Of a DNA stretch of 64,000 nucleotides, positions 38,287 to 48,587 are shown in pieces. Position 1 is the first letter of the stretch. The number at the start of each line of letters is the position of its first letter. The position numbers and the translations under genes were made by a program. The stretch is taken from positions 7,751-71,750 of the forward strand of contig JAEUQO010000341.1 in the NCBI GenBank assembly GCA_016789605.1, written 5' to 3'. A model generated the notes under the pieces. That model searched no databases. It was not told where the DNA came from and was given only the letters and a program-made list of their open reading frames with translations. This DNA is from Acidobacteriota bacterium (lineage in GTDB: Bacteria > Acidobacteriota > Blastocatellia > RBC074).

Positions 38287-40131
38287 ATGAAAAAGATCGT
38301 CAGACAGTCCTTCCTGGTTCTGGTTGTTGGGCTTTTGTCTTCGCTGATTGCTTATGCGCAAGCGCCGCAACCGTCCGCCGTTGAATTTGAGCGGATTGAA
38401 GCAATGGTGCCGATGCGCGATGGCGTCAAGTTGTTCACCGTCATCTTTGTACCGAAGCAGATGGCAGAGCCTCTACCGATTTTGATGCAACGCACACCAT
38501 ACGGCGTGTCCGGGTGGACGGCGCAGCGCGTGAATGCCGCGCATCGGGAGTTGACCGCTGACGGATACATCTTTGCGTTTCAGGATATTCGTGGCCAGAA
38601 CCGATCCGAAGGGCAGTTTCGTATGAACCGTCCACCGCGCGACCGCCGCGATCCGAAATCTGTGGATGAAAGCAGTGACACGTACGACGCGATTGATTGG
38701 CTGATCAAAAATGTCAAAAACAACAACGGTCGCGTGGGGATTTTTGGCGTGTCTTACCCCGGCTGGCTGGCGGTAGTCCCGCTGTTGGAACCCCATCCGG
38801 CCTTAAAAGCCCTTTCGCCACAGGCGTTGATGGGCGATACCTGGTTGGGCGATGACTTCTTTCATCAGGGCGGATTTCGGCTCAGCTACGGTTATGAATA
38901 CGTTGACAGCATGGAAAACAGTAAGAGTGGAGATACGCCGCTCTTTGATACCTATGATGTGTTTGAGTGGTATTTGAAAAAAGGCGCGCTGAGCAATTAT
39001 CTCAAACCGACTTTGCCGACGTGGAAAGATTTCATCGAACACCCATCGTTTGATGAGTTTTGGAAAGCGCGCTCGGCTTCGCACTATTTGAAAGATGTCA
39101 CAGTGCCGACGTTGCATGTCGCTGGCTGGTTCGACCAGGAAGACTTTTACGGGCCGATGAAGGCCTATGCAAAACTTGAGCAAAACGATAAGCAGAAGAT
39201 GAATTTCATCGTCGTTGGGCCGTGGAATCACGGCGGATGGGGACGTGGCGAAGGCGACCGACTCGGTAATCTGGAATTCAAACAAGCCACCGGGCGATAT
39301 TTTCGCGAAAAGATTCAAGCGCCCTGGTTTGCGTTTCATCTGAAAGGGAAGGGGAGTTTGAATTTTCCCGAAGCGCAGATGTTCCAGACCGGCAGCAATG
39401 AATGGAAGTCCTATGAGCAATGGCCGCCGCTGAACCATACGACGGAACGTAAACTGTATTTTCACGCCAACGGAAAGCTCTCGTTTGATCCGCCTTCTGA
39501 CACAAATGACAAGGCGTTTGATAGCTATCTTTCCGATCCGAAACACCCCGTCCCTTACCGCAAACGCCCGATTGAACCAACCTATTCGCCAAAAGGTTCA
39601 GGGTGGTCGGAATGGCAAACTGAAGACCAACGATTTGTTGCCAACCGACCTGATGTGTTGATGTTCGAGACGGATGTTTTAACCGAAGACGTGACCATTT
39701 CGGGCGAGATCGTTGCTCAGTTGTTTGCTTCGACCTCAGGCACAGATAGCGATTGGGTCGTGAAATTGATTGATGTCTTTCCGCAAGAATGGCCCGGCAA
39801 TCATCGTCTGGGCGGTTATCAAATGATGGTGGCAGGCGAAGTGTTGCGTGGACGATATCATCAAGGTTTCGACAAACCGCAGCCGCTCGTGGCGGACAAG
39901 GTGACCGAGTTCAACGTTGATCTGATTCATAAAGATCACAGCTTCAAGAAAGGCCACAAAATCATGGTGCAAGTGCAAAGCACCTGGTTTCCTGTGATAG
40001 ACCGCAATCCGCAGAAATTCGTGCCGAATATCTTCAAGGCGATGGACGCCGATTATCAGGCGGCGACACAACGCGTCTTTCGCTCACGAGCATATCCGTC
40101 GGGCATCAAATTGCCCGTGGTCACAAAGTGA
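38287..40131 (+). CDS. CocE/NonD-family (peptidase S15-like) hydrolase, secreted
   Basis: ATG 38287 gives the signal MKKIVRQSFLVLVVGLLSSLIAYAQ. It has a nucleophile elbow (GVSYPGW) and a C-terminal jelly-roll region. Confidence 0.85.
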   Translation: MKKIVRQSFLVLVVGLLSSLIAYAQAPQPSAVEFERIEAMVPMRDGVKLFTVIFVPKQMAEPLPILMQRTPYGVSGWTAQRVNAAHRELTADGYIFAFQDIRGQNRSEGQFRMNRPPRDRRDPKSVDESSDTYDAIDWLIKNVKNNNGRVGIFGVSYPGWLAVVPLLEPHPALKALSPQALMGDTWLGDDFFHQGGFRLSYGYEYVDSMENSKSGDTPLFDTYDVFEWYLKKGALSNYLKPTLPTWKDFIEHPSFDEFWKARSASHYLKDVTVPTLHVAGWFDQEDFYGPMKAYAKLEQNDKQKMNFIVVGPWNHGGWGRGEGDRLGNLEFKQATGRYFREKIQAPWFAFHLKGKGSLNFPEAQMFQTGSNEWKSYEQWPPLNHTTERKLYFHANGKLSFDPPSDTNDKAFDSYLSDPKHPVPYRKRPIEPTYSPKGSGWSEWQTEDQRFVANRPDVLMFETDVLTEDVTISGEIVAQLFASTSGTDSDWVVKLIDVFPQEWPGNHRLGGYQMMVAGEVLRGRYHQGFDKPQPLVADKVTEFNVDLIHKDHSFKKGHKIMVQVQSTWFPVIDRNPQKFVPNIFKAMDADYQAATQRVFRSRAYPSGIKLPVVTK

Positions 40132-40145
40132 ATTGAACTCGCTTG

Positions 40146-41063
40146 TTATGGCGAAAGAACGCTTAGGTCAAACTGCGGAATTTCAAGTTGTGTGTGGGGC
40201 GCTGCCAGACCCAGCGTGCTGGTCAAACGAGCAAAACAAGCTGGGTGAATAAGCGCGTGCATCCGTTCGACTTTGATCTGATTTTTCGCGCTGGCATCGT
40301 GACTGCTGAACATCTGCGTGGGAGCGGAGCTGCATTGAGGCGTAAAGTTTTCAGACACAAGGCAGCTTGTGCTCCAAGGCGTGAATCTTCGTAAACAATC
40401 ATCCACCAGCGTTTGGTATTTGGTTGTGTCTGCCTGGGCTTGAATCCGTTCTTCTCCGCTGCGTCCCCGAACGACGGTCAGAACACTGCCAAAGCGTGTT
40501 TTTAACGCTCGAATAAGTTGACCCTTGCGAGCACGCCAGTACGATTCATCTTTGGCGCGCTCCTGATTTTGCGTCACCAGGTGATATAGCAGAATGGCCT
40601 CTGTGGTGCTGTAATTGTGTAGCACGCGACTGATACCGATCATTACGTGAAACGAATTGCGTGATACGGTGAGCATTACCAGATGTTTGACGTAATGGAT
40701 GAGAAGTTCTTCCGTCAAATCACGCGATTGGGGCAAGGCGTTGGTTCTTCCCTGGCACAAGGCATCAAGCAAAAATTCTGATTCCCGGTAAATCAGATAT
40801 TGTAGTAAGTCCGTTTCGCTCAGGATGATTTTGCTACGCGTGGCATCAGTTTGAGAAACCCGCAAGCTCGGCTGATAGTAACGGCGTTTGTCTTGAGCAG
40901 CAGCAGCGACACGCAACCGATTGACGGCGCGCGCTGAAATCTGGGCGGCAAGATCCTCGTGCCCACTCAGGAAAAACGCAAGCTCCCAAGCCTGATTTGG
41001 TACTGCCTGGCCTGTCATATGACCGCAGTCCGATCGCGAACTACCAAATGATTCCACCTGCAT
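40146..41063 (-). CDS. Hypothetical regulator-like protein, paralogue A (short, soluble form)
   Basis: It is collinear for about 300 aa with the N-terminal half of ORF 44876..46915. Examples are NSFHVMIGISRVLHNYSTTEAILLYHLV vs NSFYTTLGITRLLCRYTTAEAMDIYNLV, YWRARKGQLIRALKTRFG vs YWRSRKGHLMQDMRERFG, and ERMHALIHPACFARL vs ARMHTVLHPGCFDRL. Confidence 0.65.
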   Translation of the reverse strand: MQVESFGSSRSDCGHMTGQAVPNQAWELAFFLSGHEDLAAQISARAVNRLRVAAAAQDKRRYYQPSLRVSQTDATRSKIILSETDLLQYLIYRESEFLLDALCQGRTNALPQSRDLTEELLIHYVKHLVMLTVSRNSFHVMIGISRVLHNYSTTEAILLYHLVTQNQERAKDESYWRARKGQLIRALKTRFGSVLTVVRGRSGEERIQAQADTTKYQTLVDDCLRRFTPWSTSCLVSENFTPQCSSAPTQMFSSHDASAKNQIKVERMHALIHPACFARLTSTLGLAAPHTQLEIPQFDLSVLSP

Positions 41064-41695
41064 CGTTCACCCATCCAGTCTTTCGAAGTTTTTGGTTTCA
41101 GCTACCTGATCGTTTCCGACAGAAGATAAATTGTAGACGATGATACAATTTTTCTAGAATTTTTCTGAAAATCTCACACCAATTTGTAGGATAAAGTACT
41201 ATAATCTACGCCGCAAAAGCGCCAAAAACAGTGGCGATCTTAATTTCATTGACATCGCTAATCCAGATAGGAGGCAAAAGAATGACATTTTAGCGTTTGG
41301 TAGAAGACAGTGGTTTTCGCTAAATCCTTTGCGCTGTTTTGCCTGGTAGTTTTGCATCCAGTGCCTGGATTTGCTCTGAAGCATCGGCCTGCTTCTCAGC
41401 CCCCCACAACTGAGAATTCCCTGACTCTCTGCCTCATTTCCCGCACGTTTCGGCTTGGTAAAAGCTGTCCATCTTGACAGGTTCCTACCAGGTGAATTGA
41501 GCATCAATAACGGTAACGGCTAAGCGGAACGAGGCACGCTCCCAAGACAAGATAAGATTTCGATGAACGCCAATAGGTGAAAGAGGTTTGTGACCCTAAC
41601 AAACTTCTCGATCGGAACGTCATTGTCTGGGCTTTGCATTACGCACTCCTTCCCGCTACAAGCCACAGCCGCTCAACAATTTGAGGTATAAGACA

Positions 41696-44600
41696 ATGAT
41701 TCGACTTCTCCCCCCATTCGTGTCGAATTCAGTGGTTAGTTCTTTGCGAAAGAGACCGTCAATTGCATTGCTGTCGACGCTTACCATCACAGGATTGCTT
41801 CTGTTTAGCAGCTTCTTTCCACAGGTAAGTGAGGGGCAGTCAACTCCTTTAACAACACAACACGAAGAAACCTTAGAACAGGGAGCTGTTCGTGAGCGCG
41901 CAATTTCCATTGGCGAAGCACACGCTTACCGGGTGCAATTGGGCGCAGGCCAATATTTACGCATCGCTGTCGAACAACATGGCGTTGCCGTCACTACTGC
42001 CGTTTTTCTGGAAAATGGCATTCCCTCCAACGAGAAGGGCATCCCGCAGCCTTCTGAAAAAGCAACCAGCCAAAAACTCATTGAAGTCGATAGCGCCGGT
42101 ATAGAGCGCGCATCAGTTATTTCTACTGACGCCGCCAGCTATCGCATTGTGATCCAGGCAAGCAAAAGCCAGTCTGCTGGCCACTACCTGATCAAAATCG
42201 AAGAAAAGCGTCCGGCTTATCCACAGGATCAAACTCGCGTTGCGGCGGAAAAAGCCATGGCTGATGCCGTGCAATTTACGCGGCAAAACAAGCGAGAGGC
42301 TTTGCTCAAATCCGCAGAGCTATACCGCATGGCTTTGGGGCTTTGGCAATCTTTGCCTGATCGGCAAATGGCGGATCGGCAACAAGAGGCGCGGGCTCGT
42401 TACTTATTGGCTTTGCGCCATCAGGATTTGGGCGACATCCAGCAGGGAATCGGTCACGCATTGGAAGCGCTTGCCATCAGTCGTGAGACCTTTGATCGCA
42501 TACGTGAAACCGCTGTTCTGAATGCGCTTGGCTCAATGTATTTTGCGCTGGGCGATAAGATGAAAGCGGTGGCATATTTTGAACAAGCGCTGTCTGCCAG
42601 CCGAATCATCAACGATCAAGCGACAGAGCTTGCGGTGTTGATCAATATGGGCGTGGCGTATAAATCTGCTGGCGCTTCAGCGCAAGCCATTGATATTTAT
42701 CAACAGGCTTTGCCAACGGCGCGTGCCATCGGTGATCTGACCGTCGAAGCTGCTGCGCTTACCAATCTGGCTCGCCTCTACGATTTGCAGGGAGATCGTC
42801 AGCGCGCACTCGAACACAATCAGCAAGCGCTCAAATTGTGGCGTAAGTTGGAAAATACGGATGGCGAAGCGACGGCGCTGAAAAACCTGGGTGCGCTTCA
42901 GGAAGCAAGCAGGAATTACCGGGAGGCGTTGTCTTATTTTCAGCAGGCGTTGGCGCTCAGCGAAACCTTGGGTGATTTGCATCGTGAAGCCCATATTCGC
43001 GGAGATTTAGCGCGGCTGTATCGCACGCAAGGTGATCTGAAAAATTCCGGCGCGCAAATAGAGCGCTCACTGGCAATTTTTGAGTCTTTGCGAGGCAAAC
43101 TGGTTTCTCCTGATCTGCGCTCCTCTTTTTTGGCGGCGCAGCGACGCTACTATGAATTTTACGTCTCCTTGTTGATGCAAATGCATCAGGCACAACCGAG
43201 CGCCGGACACGACACGGCTGCATTACGCGTCAGCGAACGCGCTCGTGCCCGCTCGTTGGTTGAGATGTTGCAAGAAGCGCGCACAGACATTCGGCAGGGC
43301 GTTGACATCTCTTTGCTTGAGCGCGAACGGAGCCTGGAGCAAATGCTACAAGCCAAAGAGCAAGAGCGCTTGCGTTTGAGCAAGCGCAAAGCTCCGGTGG
43401 CGGCCGTTGCGGAAGTTGAGCAGGCGTTGTTGTCGCTGAGCACCGAGTATGAGCAGGTGCAGACGAAAATTCGCCAAGCCAGCCCTCATTATGCTTCGTT
43501 GACGCAACCGCAGATTCTCTCGCTTGCCGACATGCAGAAGCAGCTTGTCTCGGCGGACACCTTGTTACTGGAATACGGTCTGGGTGAAGAGCGAAGCTTT
43601 TTGTGGGTCGTCAGCGATACGTCGTTGCAAAGTTTTTCTTTGCCGCCGCGCGCGGAAATCGAGCAAACCGTACGGAAATTTTACGAGGCGTTAACCGCTC
43701 GTGGACGCACGGTGAAATTCGAAACTGAAGAAAAACGGCAGGCGCGTATTGCACGGGCAGATGCAGAATACGCGGCCTTGGCGCAATCACTCAGCCAGAT
43801 GTTGCTGGGCCCGGCGCGCGAACTGTTGGGCCAAAAACGCCTGTTGATTGTGCCAGATCGTGTGCTGCATTACGTCCCATTTGGCGCGTTGCCAGAAACC
43901 AGACTGGCTGGTCAGGCGCAAGACGCCACACCGCTGATCGTCAATCACGAAGTTGTTCACCTGCCGTCAGCGACTTCGTTGGCAGTCCTGCGTCAGGAAA
44001 TTGCGCAGCGCCCGCCCGCGCCAAAATCCATTGCCGTGTTGGCTGACCCGGTGTTCGACTCCGCGGATCAACGGGTCAAGGCCGTTGTGTCACAAAAGGT
44101 CTCTTCGACCGACAACGTGGCGCAACATACTGGCAGCCTCGCCTGGTTGCGCGATGAAATGGCGTCTAGCTTACAAAACGCCTGTCCGGAGGTTGATCGG
44201 GTAGAAACGCGCGAGAGCATGGTTCGGTTGCCGTATACGCGGAAGGAAGCGCAAGCGATTATGTCGCTTGCGCCTACCGCCAACAGCAAGATCGCACTTG
44301 ATTTCGATGCGGATCGAAAGGCCGCGACTGATAGCGCGTTAGGGCAATATCGTTATCTGCATTTCGCCACACACGGTTTGCTCAATGACAAGCACCCGGC
44401 GCTTTCCGGCCTGGCGCTTTCGTTTGTTGGGCGAAACGGCGTTGAGCAGGACGGGTATCTGCGCGCGATGGACATCTTTAATATGAAGTTGCCAGCGGAA
44501 CTCGTTGTTCTGAGCGGTTGTCGTACCGGGTTGGGCAAAGAGGTCCGTGGCGAAGGCATGATCGGTCTGACGCGTAGTTTTATGTATGCCGGTGCTGCGC

Positions 44601-44797
44601 GCGTGCTGGTCAGCCTTTGGAACATCAATGACCAGGCGACCGCAGACTGGATGGAGCGGTTTTACCGCGAATTGCTAGGAAAAGGGCAGAGTCCTGCTGC
44701 CGCCCTGCGCGCGGCGCAAATCGCTCTTTGGCAAGAGAAACAATGGCAAGCGCCCTATTACTGGGCAGCATTTGTCCTGCAAGGCGAGCCACGCTAA
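41696..44797 (+). CDS. Secreted or membrane-anchored PPC-like / TPR / CHAT-domain protein
   Basis: Start is ATG 41696; the track gives TTG 41681. It has an N-terminal hydrophobic segment (IALLSTLTITGLLLFSSFF) and a pre-peptidase-C-like beta domain (AHAYRVQLGAGQYLRIAVEQ...AGHYLIKIEE). Multiple TPR_12-type repeats follow (NLGALQEASRNYREALSYFQQAL). The CHAT dyad context is YLHFATHG and LVVLSGCRTG. Confidence 0.85.
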   Translation: MIRLLPPFVSNSVVSSLRKRPSIALLSTLTITGLLLFSSFFPQVSEGQSTPLTTQHEETLEQGAVRERAISIGEAHAYRVQLGAGQYLRIAVEQHGVAVTTAVFLENGIPSNEKGIPQPSEKATSQKLIEVDSAGIERASVISTDAASYRIVIQASKSQSAGHYLIKIEEKRPAYPQDQTRVAAEKAMADAVQFTRQNKREALLKSAELYRMALGLWQSLPDRQMADRQQEARARYLLALRHQDLGDIQQGIGHALEALAISRETFDRIRETAVLNALGSMYFALGDKMKAVAYFEQALSASRIINDQATELAVLINMGVAYKSAGASAQAIDIYQQALPTARAIGDLTVEAAALTNLARLYDLQGDRQRALEHNQQALKLWRKLENTDGEATALKNLGALQEASRNYREALSYFQQALALSETLGDLHREAHIRGDLARLYRTQGDLKNSGAQIERSLAIFESLRGKLVSPDLRSSFLAAQRRYYEFYVSLLMQMHQAQPSAGHDTAALRVSERARARSLVEMLQEARTDIRQGVDISLLERERSLEQMLQAKEQERLRLSKRKAPVAAVAEVEQALLSLSTEYEQVQTKIRQASPHYASLTQPQILSLADMQKQLVSADTLLLEYGLGEERSFLWVVSDTSLQSFSLPPRAEIEQTVRKFYEALTARGRTVKFETEEKRQARIARADAEYAALAQSLSQMLLGPARELLGQKRLLIVPDRVLHYVPFGALPETRLAGQAQDATPLIVNHEVVHLPSATSLAVLRQEIAQRPPAPKSIAVLADPVFDSADQRVKAVVSQKVSSTDNVAQHTGSLAWLRDEMASSLQNACPEVDRVETRESMVRLPYTRKEAQAIMSLAPTANSKIALDFDADRKAATDSALGQYRYLHFATHGLLNDKHPALSGLALSFVGRNGVEQDGYLRAMDIFNMKLPAELVVLSGCRTGLGKEVRGEGMIGLTRSFMYAGAARVLVSLWNINDQATADWMERFYRELLGKGQSPAAALRAAQIALWQEKQWQAPYYWAAFVLQGEPR

Positions 44798-44814
44798 GCG
44801 CGTGGGCCAAAACG

Positions 44815-44849
44815 CCAAGGCCCGACAACGATTCGTTGTCGGGCCTTGG
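44815..44849. terminator. Perfect 35-nt palindrome, bidirectional terminator between convergent genes
   Basis: CCAAGGCCCGACAACGAtTCGTTGTCGGGCCTTGG lies between the stop at 44797 (+) and the stop at 44876 (-). Confidence 0.75.
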
Positions 44850-44875
44850 CACTCGAAATCTCAGTTTTTCGTTAG

Positions 44876-46915
44876 TTACTTTTCTTGCTCGTTTGCTGGC
44901 AGGCTTCGGCGTGTTGCCGCTAGCAACTGAGTCACGATTTGAGCTGCGATTTTGTCTGCTGTTCCCCGATACACAGACTTGCCGCGCCACAGTGTCTGGC
45001 CGTTTTCGTTCACCAATTGACACGTAATCCCATTCCCCACAGAGCTAGGCAGAATCATCAAGGCCGCATCCGCCTCATCCATGTTTGTGATCGTCCAACG
45101 ACCACTGGCCGACAGGCGTTTCTGTAATTGCTCGCGCAGGGCAGGATCAAGTGACTGTCCTTCTTCCAACTCGAGATAAATCTTGCTGACTGCTGCCAAC
45201 GACGTGTTGGCTGTGGTGGTTTCGCTATCTCTCGTCACGTTGCTGGGCGCTGACGGAAGTGTGTTCCGTCCACCCAGACGCTTTTCCGCGCCGAGGTTAC
45301 TGGCGGGAGGAGGTGTGGTGCTGTCTGGCGCCTGGTTTCCGGTCGGCGCAATAGCAACAGTTTGCGTCGAGGCAGGGTTGGGAGAATTATTTACCGCCAC
45401 GTCTGACTGTTGATCAACTGTGCGTGACGAATAGAGCCACAACCCACCTGCAATCGTCAGCGCCAGAAAGAGTGTCGGCAGCGCATAACGGAAAAACGCC
45501 AGCTCGCCGAGTATTTGTGTCGGGGCGAGTTTGGCGAAGACCGAATGGGACCATTGCCAAACTGCGCTGAAACTGGTGACGCGATAGCCCACTTCGACCA
45601 ATGCGCCAGCAGGTTCCACGCCGACGGCATCTGCGGCAGTGATCTGGAAGGCAATCTTGCGTCCTCGTCCCAATGGAGTCACAAACGTTGTCGCTGGTTT
45701 GCTTTGTTGCAATTCGTCATAGCTCAACATGTGCGCGGCCAACAAAATGTCACCGGCGTCCGGTGTGGTGCGCACTTCGATCATTTCCGCGCCTTCCTGC
45801 ACGGCAAAGCGTGCCTGACGTTCACGGTCGAGATCGAGTAACGCCCGCTCTCGACCATCAACCAGAATCCGCAAACGGTTTGGCGTGGCGCGACGGCGTT
45901 CTTGATTGGATTGAGACACGCGGCGCTCGATTGCCGCAAAGTCAATTTGGTGAGGACCCGAACTTCGCCCCGGCCCAGAGATTGAGTGGCGGCTTTCTGT
46001 CGTGGCTGGTTTTCTATCTTGATTTTGCGTCGCGAAAAAGTGCGGCAATTCCAGGCGCTGCACAAATGACGGCAGCGACAACGCAGTTAAAAGGCGATCA
46101 AAACAGCCAGGGTGTAAGACTGTGTGCATGCGCGCCAGTTCAATGCGATGTTCTTCATCCGGGTCAGAACCACGAAACATAAGTGTATTGATTTCTCGAT
46201 TGGTAAGGGCTGAGTCTGCCGGCAAGGGGCAGATTGTTTTCCAGGGCATAAACATCTCCAGACACTCTTTGACCAGAGTGAGATAGCTGGACGCATCCGC
46301 GCGCGCGACAAAACGTTCTTCGCCGCGCGTGCCACGGCTGGATTGCAAGAACGGACCGAACCGCTCTCTCATATCCTGCATCAAGTGGCCTTTACGTGAG
46401 CGCCAGTAATAATCGTCTTTGACACGTGCAGGGTCCTGCACGACCAGGTTGTAAATATCCATTGCTTCAGCGGTCGTATAGCGGCAGAGCAAGCGGGTGA
46501 TGCCGAGGGTGGTATAAAACGAATTCCGCTTTAGGGTGACGCTGACCAGGTGTTTTAGGTAATGAACGATCATCCTTCGTTGATCGGGTTTGGTTTGAAA
46601 ATACAGCTCGGTTTGCCGCTCATAGGGCTCCGATTCGTGAAAGAGAATGCGTTGCAAGAGGTGAAGCTCGCTCAACATGATTTTGTTGCGTGCACGAATG
46701 CCCTGCGATGCACGCCCACCAGGTTCATAGAGATAGCGTCGGTCTTGCGCCACGGCAGCGGCATTCAGTTTGATCAATGCCTCTGTCGTAATGTGCGCGG
46801 CCAGCTCCTGGTCCCGATGAATGAAATAAGCCAGGCGCATGGCTTGGTTAATCATGACCTCGCGAGCCGATTGCGCCGGGACTCCTTTTAACTTTTTGAA
46901 CGCTTCCTGTAGCAC
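44876..46915 (-). CDS. Hypothetical regulator-like protein, paralogue B (long form with a TM helix and a C-terminal extracytoplasmic region)
   Basis: The N-terminal ~300 aa are homologous to ORF 40146..41063. A middle domain follows, then one TM helix (FFRYALPTLFLALTIAGGLWLY), a P/S/T/N-rich linker and a ~100-aa C-terminal domain. Confidence 0.7.
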   Translation of the reverse strand: MLQEAFKKLKGVPAQSAREVMINQAMRLAYFIHRDQELAAHITTEALIKLNAAAVAQDRRYLYEPGGRASQGIRARNKIMLSELHLLQRILFHESEPYERQTELYFQTKPDQRRMIVHYLKHLVSVTLKRNSFYTTLGITRLLCRYTTAEAMDIYNLVVQDPARVKDDYYWRSRKGHLMQDMRERFGPFLQSSRGTRGEERFVARADASSYLTLVKECLEMFMPWKTICPLPADSALTNREINTLMFRGSDPDEEHRIELARMHTVLHPGCFDRLLTALSLPSFVQRLELPHFFATQNQDRKPATTESRHSISGPGRSSGPHQIDFAAIERRVSQSNQERRRATPNRLRILVDGRERALLDLDRERQARFAVQEGAEMIEVRTTPDAGDILLAAHMLSYDELQQSKPATTFVTPLGRGRKIAFQITAADAVGVEPAGALVEVGYRVTSFSAVWQWSHSVFAKLAPTQILGELAFFRYALPTLFLALTIAGGLWLYSSRTVDQQSDVAVNNSPNPASTQTVAIAPTGNQAPDSTTPPPASNLGAEKRLGGRNTLPSAPSNVTRDSETTTANTSLAAVSKIYLELEEGQSLDPALREQLQKRLSASGRWTITNMDEADAALMILPSSVGNGITCQLVNENGQTLWRGKSVYRGTADKIAAQIVTQLLAATRRSLPANEQEK

Positions 46916-47237
46916 GGCATTTTTCGTTGAGTTTCAGTGTTCTGCGAAACGCGAGGCATTCTAGCGTAGCTACAGTTTCTTAGGGGAAAGTAGCTTCGAA
47001 AATGCCACGCAAGATCAGTCGTTTGAAGTTTACAATTCTTCCTGCGTAAAGCTCCCTCAGAGTGTGGTTATTGCTAGCTACACAAGGAGCCGCACGCAAA
47101 ACATTCTCGCCGGCTACGTCTCCCACAACTTCCCGGCTGTACAAAATCATTTCAGAACTATTGTTCGCAGGCCCATTTTTGCGGGGACACTTTTATGTCT
47201 CCAGGGAGTTGTGTGCCTGCTACTTGCGGAGTTTGCC

Positions 47238-47555
47238 ATGTCACATATTTCTACCTCTCATACATCCGTGAAACCGAATGACTCTGCGCCGATCCCGTCG
47301 GGACGGCGTGCGCTGGCCTGGGGACTGGCGTGGCTGCTAACGCTTGCTGTCTTACTCACCGGACTTTCTTTTGCCGTATGGGGACCGCAATGGATGCGCC
47401 ACGTCAGGCCGGCGACAGCCACTTCCGCACCCGTTCAAGGGCGCGATGCTGTACGCGAAGACGCCTCTGCCAACCCGGACGAAGCCGCGCCAACGTTGGA
47501 AGAAGAGAAGCATGAATCCAACGGCGATGATGTGTTGGTTCGTATCGAACGCTAG
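47238..47555 (+). CDS. Small membrane-anchored hypothetical protein
   Basis: ATG 47238 is in frame with track ORF 47064..47555. It has a TM helix (LAWGLAWLLTLAVLLTGLSFAVW). I see no recognisable family and no clear RBS. Confidence 0.3.
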   Translation: MSHISTSHTSVKPNDSAPIPSGRRALAWGLAWLLTLAVLLTGLSFAVWGPQWMRHVRPATATSAPVQGRDAVREDASANPDEAAPTLEEEKHESNGDDVLVRIER

Positions 47556-48587
47556 GTTGGCCAGCGAGTCAGAGAGGGTTTTCCTTAACTACCCTGTCGC
47601 GTCTGTCTGTCGTGGGTGTAGGAAAGGTGGAAGCCTAGAGACCGTAGTACCGTCGAAAATGACACGCTGATTTTTCTGTTATCGCGCTACTCTCTCAATG
47701 GGCGAACGAAAAGACGGGCAACGAAATTTTCGAAGCATTCTCTGCCAGTCTTTTGGGGCGCGAGGCCGATGAAGAAGTTAGGGCGACGTTAACGCTGTAA
47801 CAATCTGTTCGCAGGGGGATTGTTTGGGCAGGCGTGATGATGAAGTCCACGGCATCGTGCTTGATTCGCTGCTCTGCAATAGCCATCGCGCAATAACGGG
47901 TTTGACGCGAACGGTTGTCGCAGCGCTTTTCACTCAACCAGGCTTCATTCGAGCGGGCCGGTCTTTCTTCACTGGGGGCCCAACGCTCTATCGCGGATGA
48001 ACGTCTGGCCGTCTCCGGTTTGGCTGGGTCGTGGGGATGCAAGCCAAACCGGAGGCGACTAATCGGTGGTTTTGATCGGTGTATGGGAAAGGATGCTGCC
48101 TGCCGTCAGGTGCGCGGCTATCAGTAGCGCTTGCGACTGTTGCGTCAGATTTTCTGGGCTTGCCTACACTTTCCATTCGAACAAAGAGATGGCCTCTCCC
48201 ACTAGAGGCAACGTTTCCACGCGCATTCTGCGCGATCTTCAACGCGACAAATTGTTGCTCTGCCGCGCACAGGCTTCTACGTGATGAGTTGCTGTTGGGC
48301 TGAGCTTGCGGTGAAACGCTCGTCAGCAAACAGCGGCGACGCTTGCTTTGGCATTCGCCGGTAATCGTAGACCTTGGCCCAGGCAGATCGTCAGGCTTGA
48401 AGAATGATTTTATCCCGCTCGTGCGCTTGATTGTGGGGTGGCGCTCAAAGCGGGGAAGAGGCTGAGGCGAGCAGCCTGGGGCGCCTCAGCCAGAGTTTCT
48501 TCGTCGCCGGTGATTTATCGTCCGGCAATAGGTTTCGGCATTGTAAGCCAGTCTTTTTCATTGGGACCTACAGGTAAGGATCAAGTT

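Noticed and set aside
41199-41910. Minus-strand ORFs 41199..41507 and 41656..41910 in or near the divergent intergenic region, and a perfect TATAAT at 41200-41205 as a promoter call.
   Set aside because: The ORFs have no RBS and implausible sequence, and the second overlaps the CHAT gene start. No acceptable -35 element lies at 16-18 nt spacing from the TATAAT, and promoter consensus in this lineage is uncertain, so no promoter is annotated.
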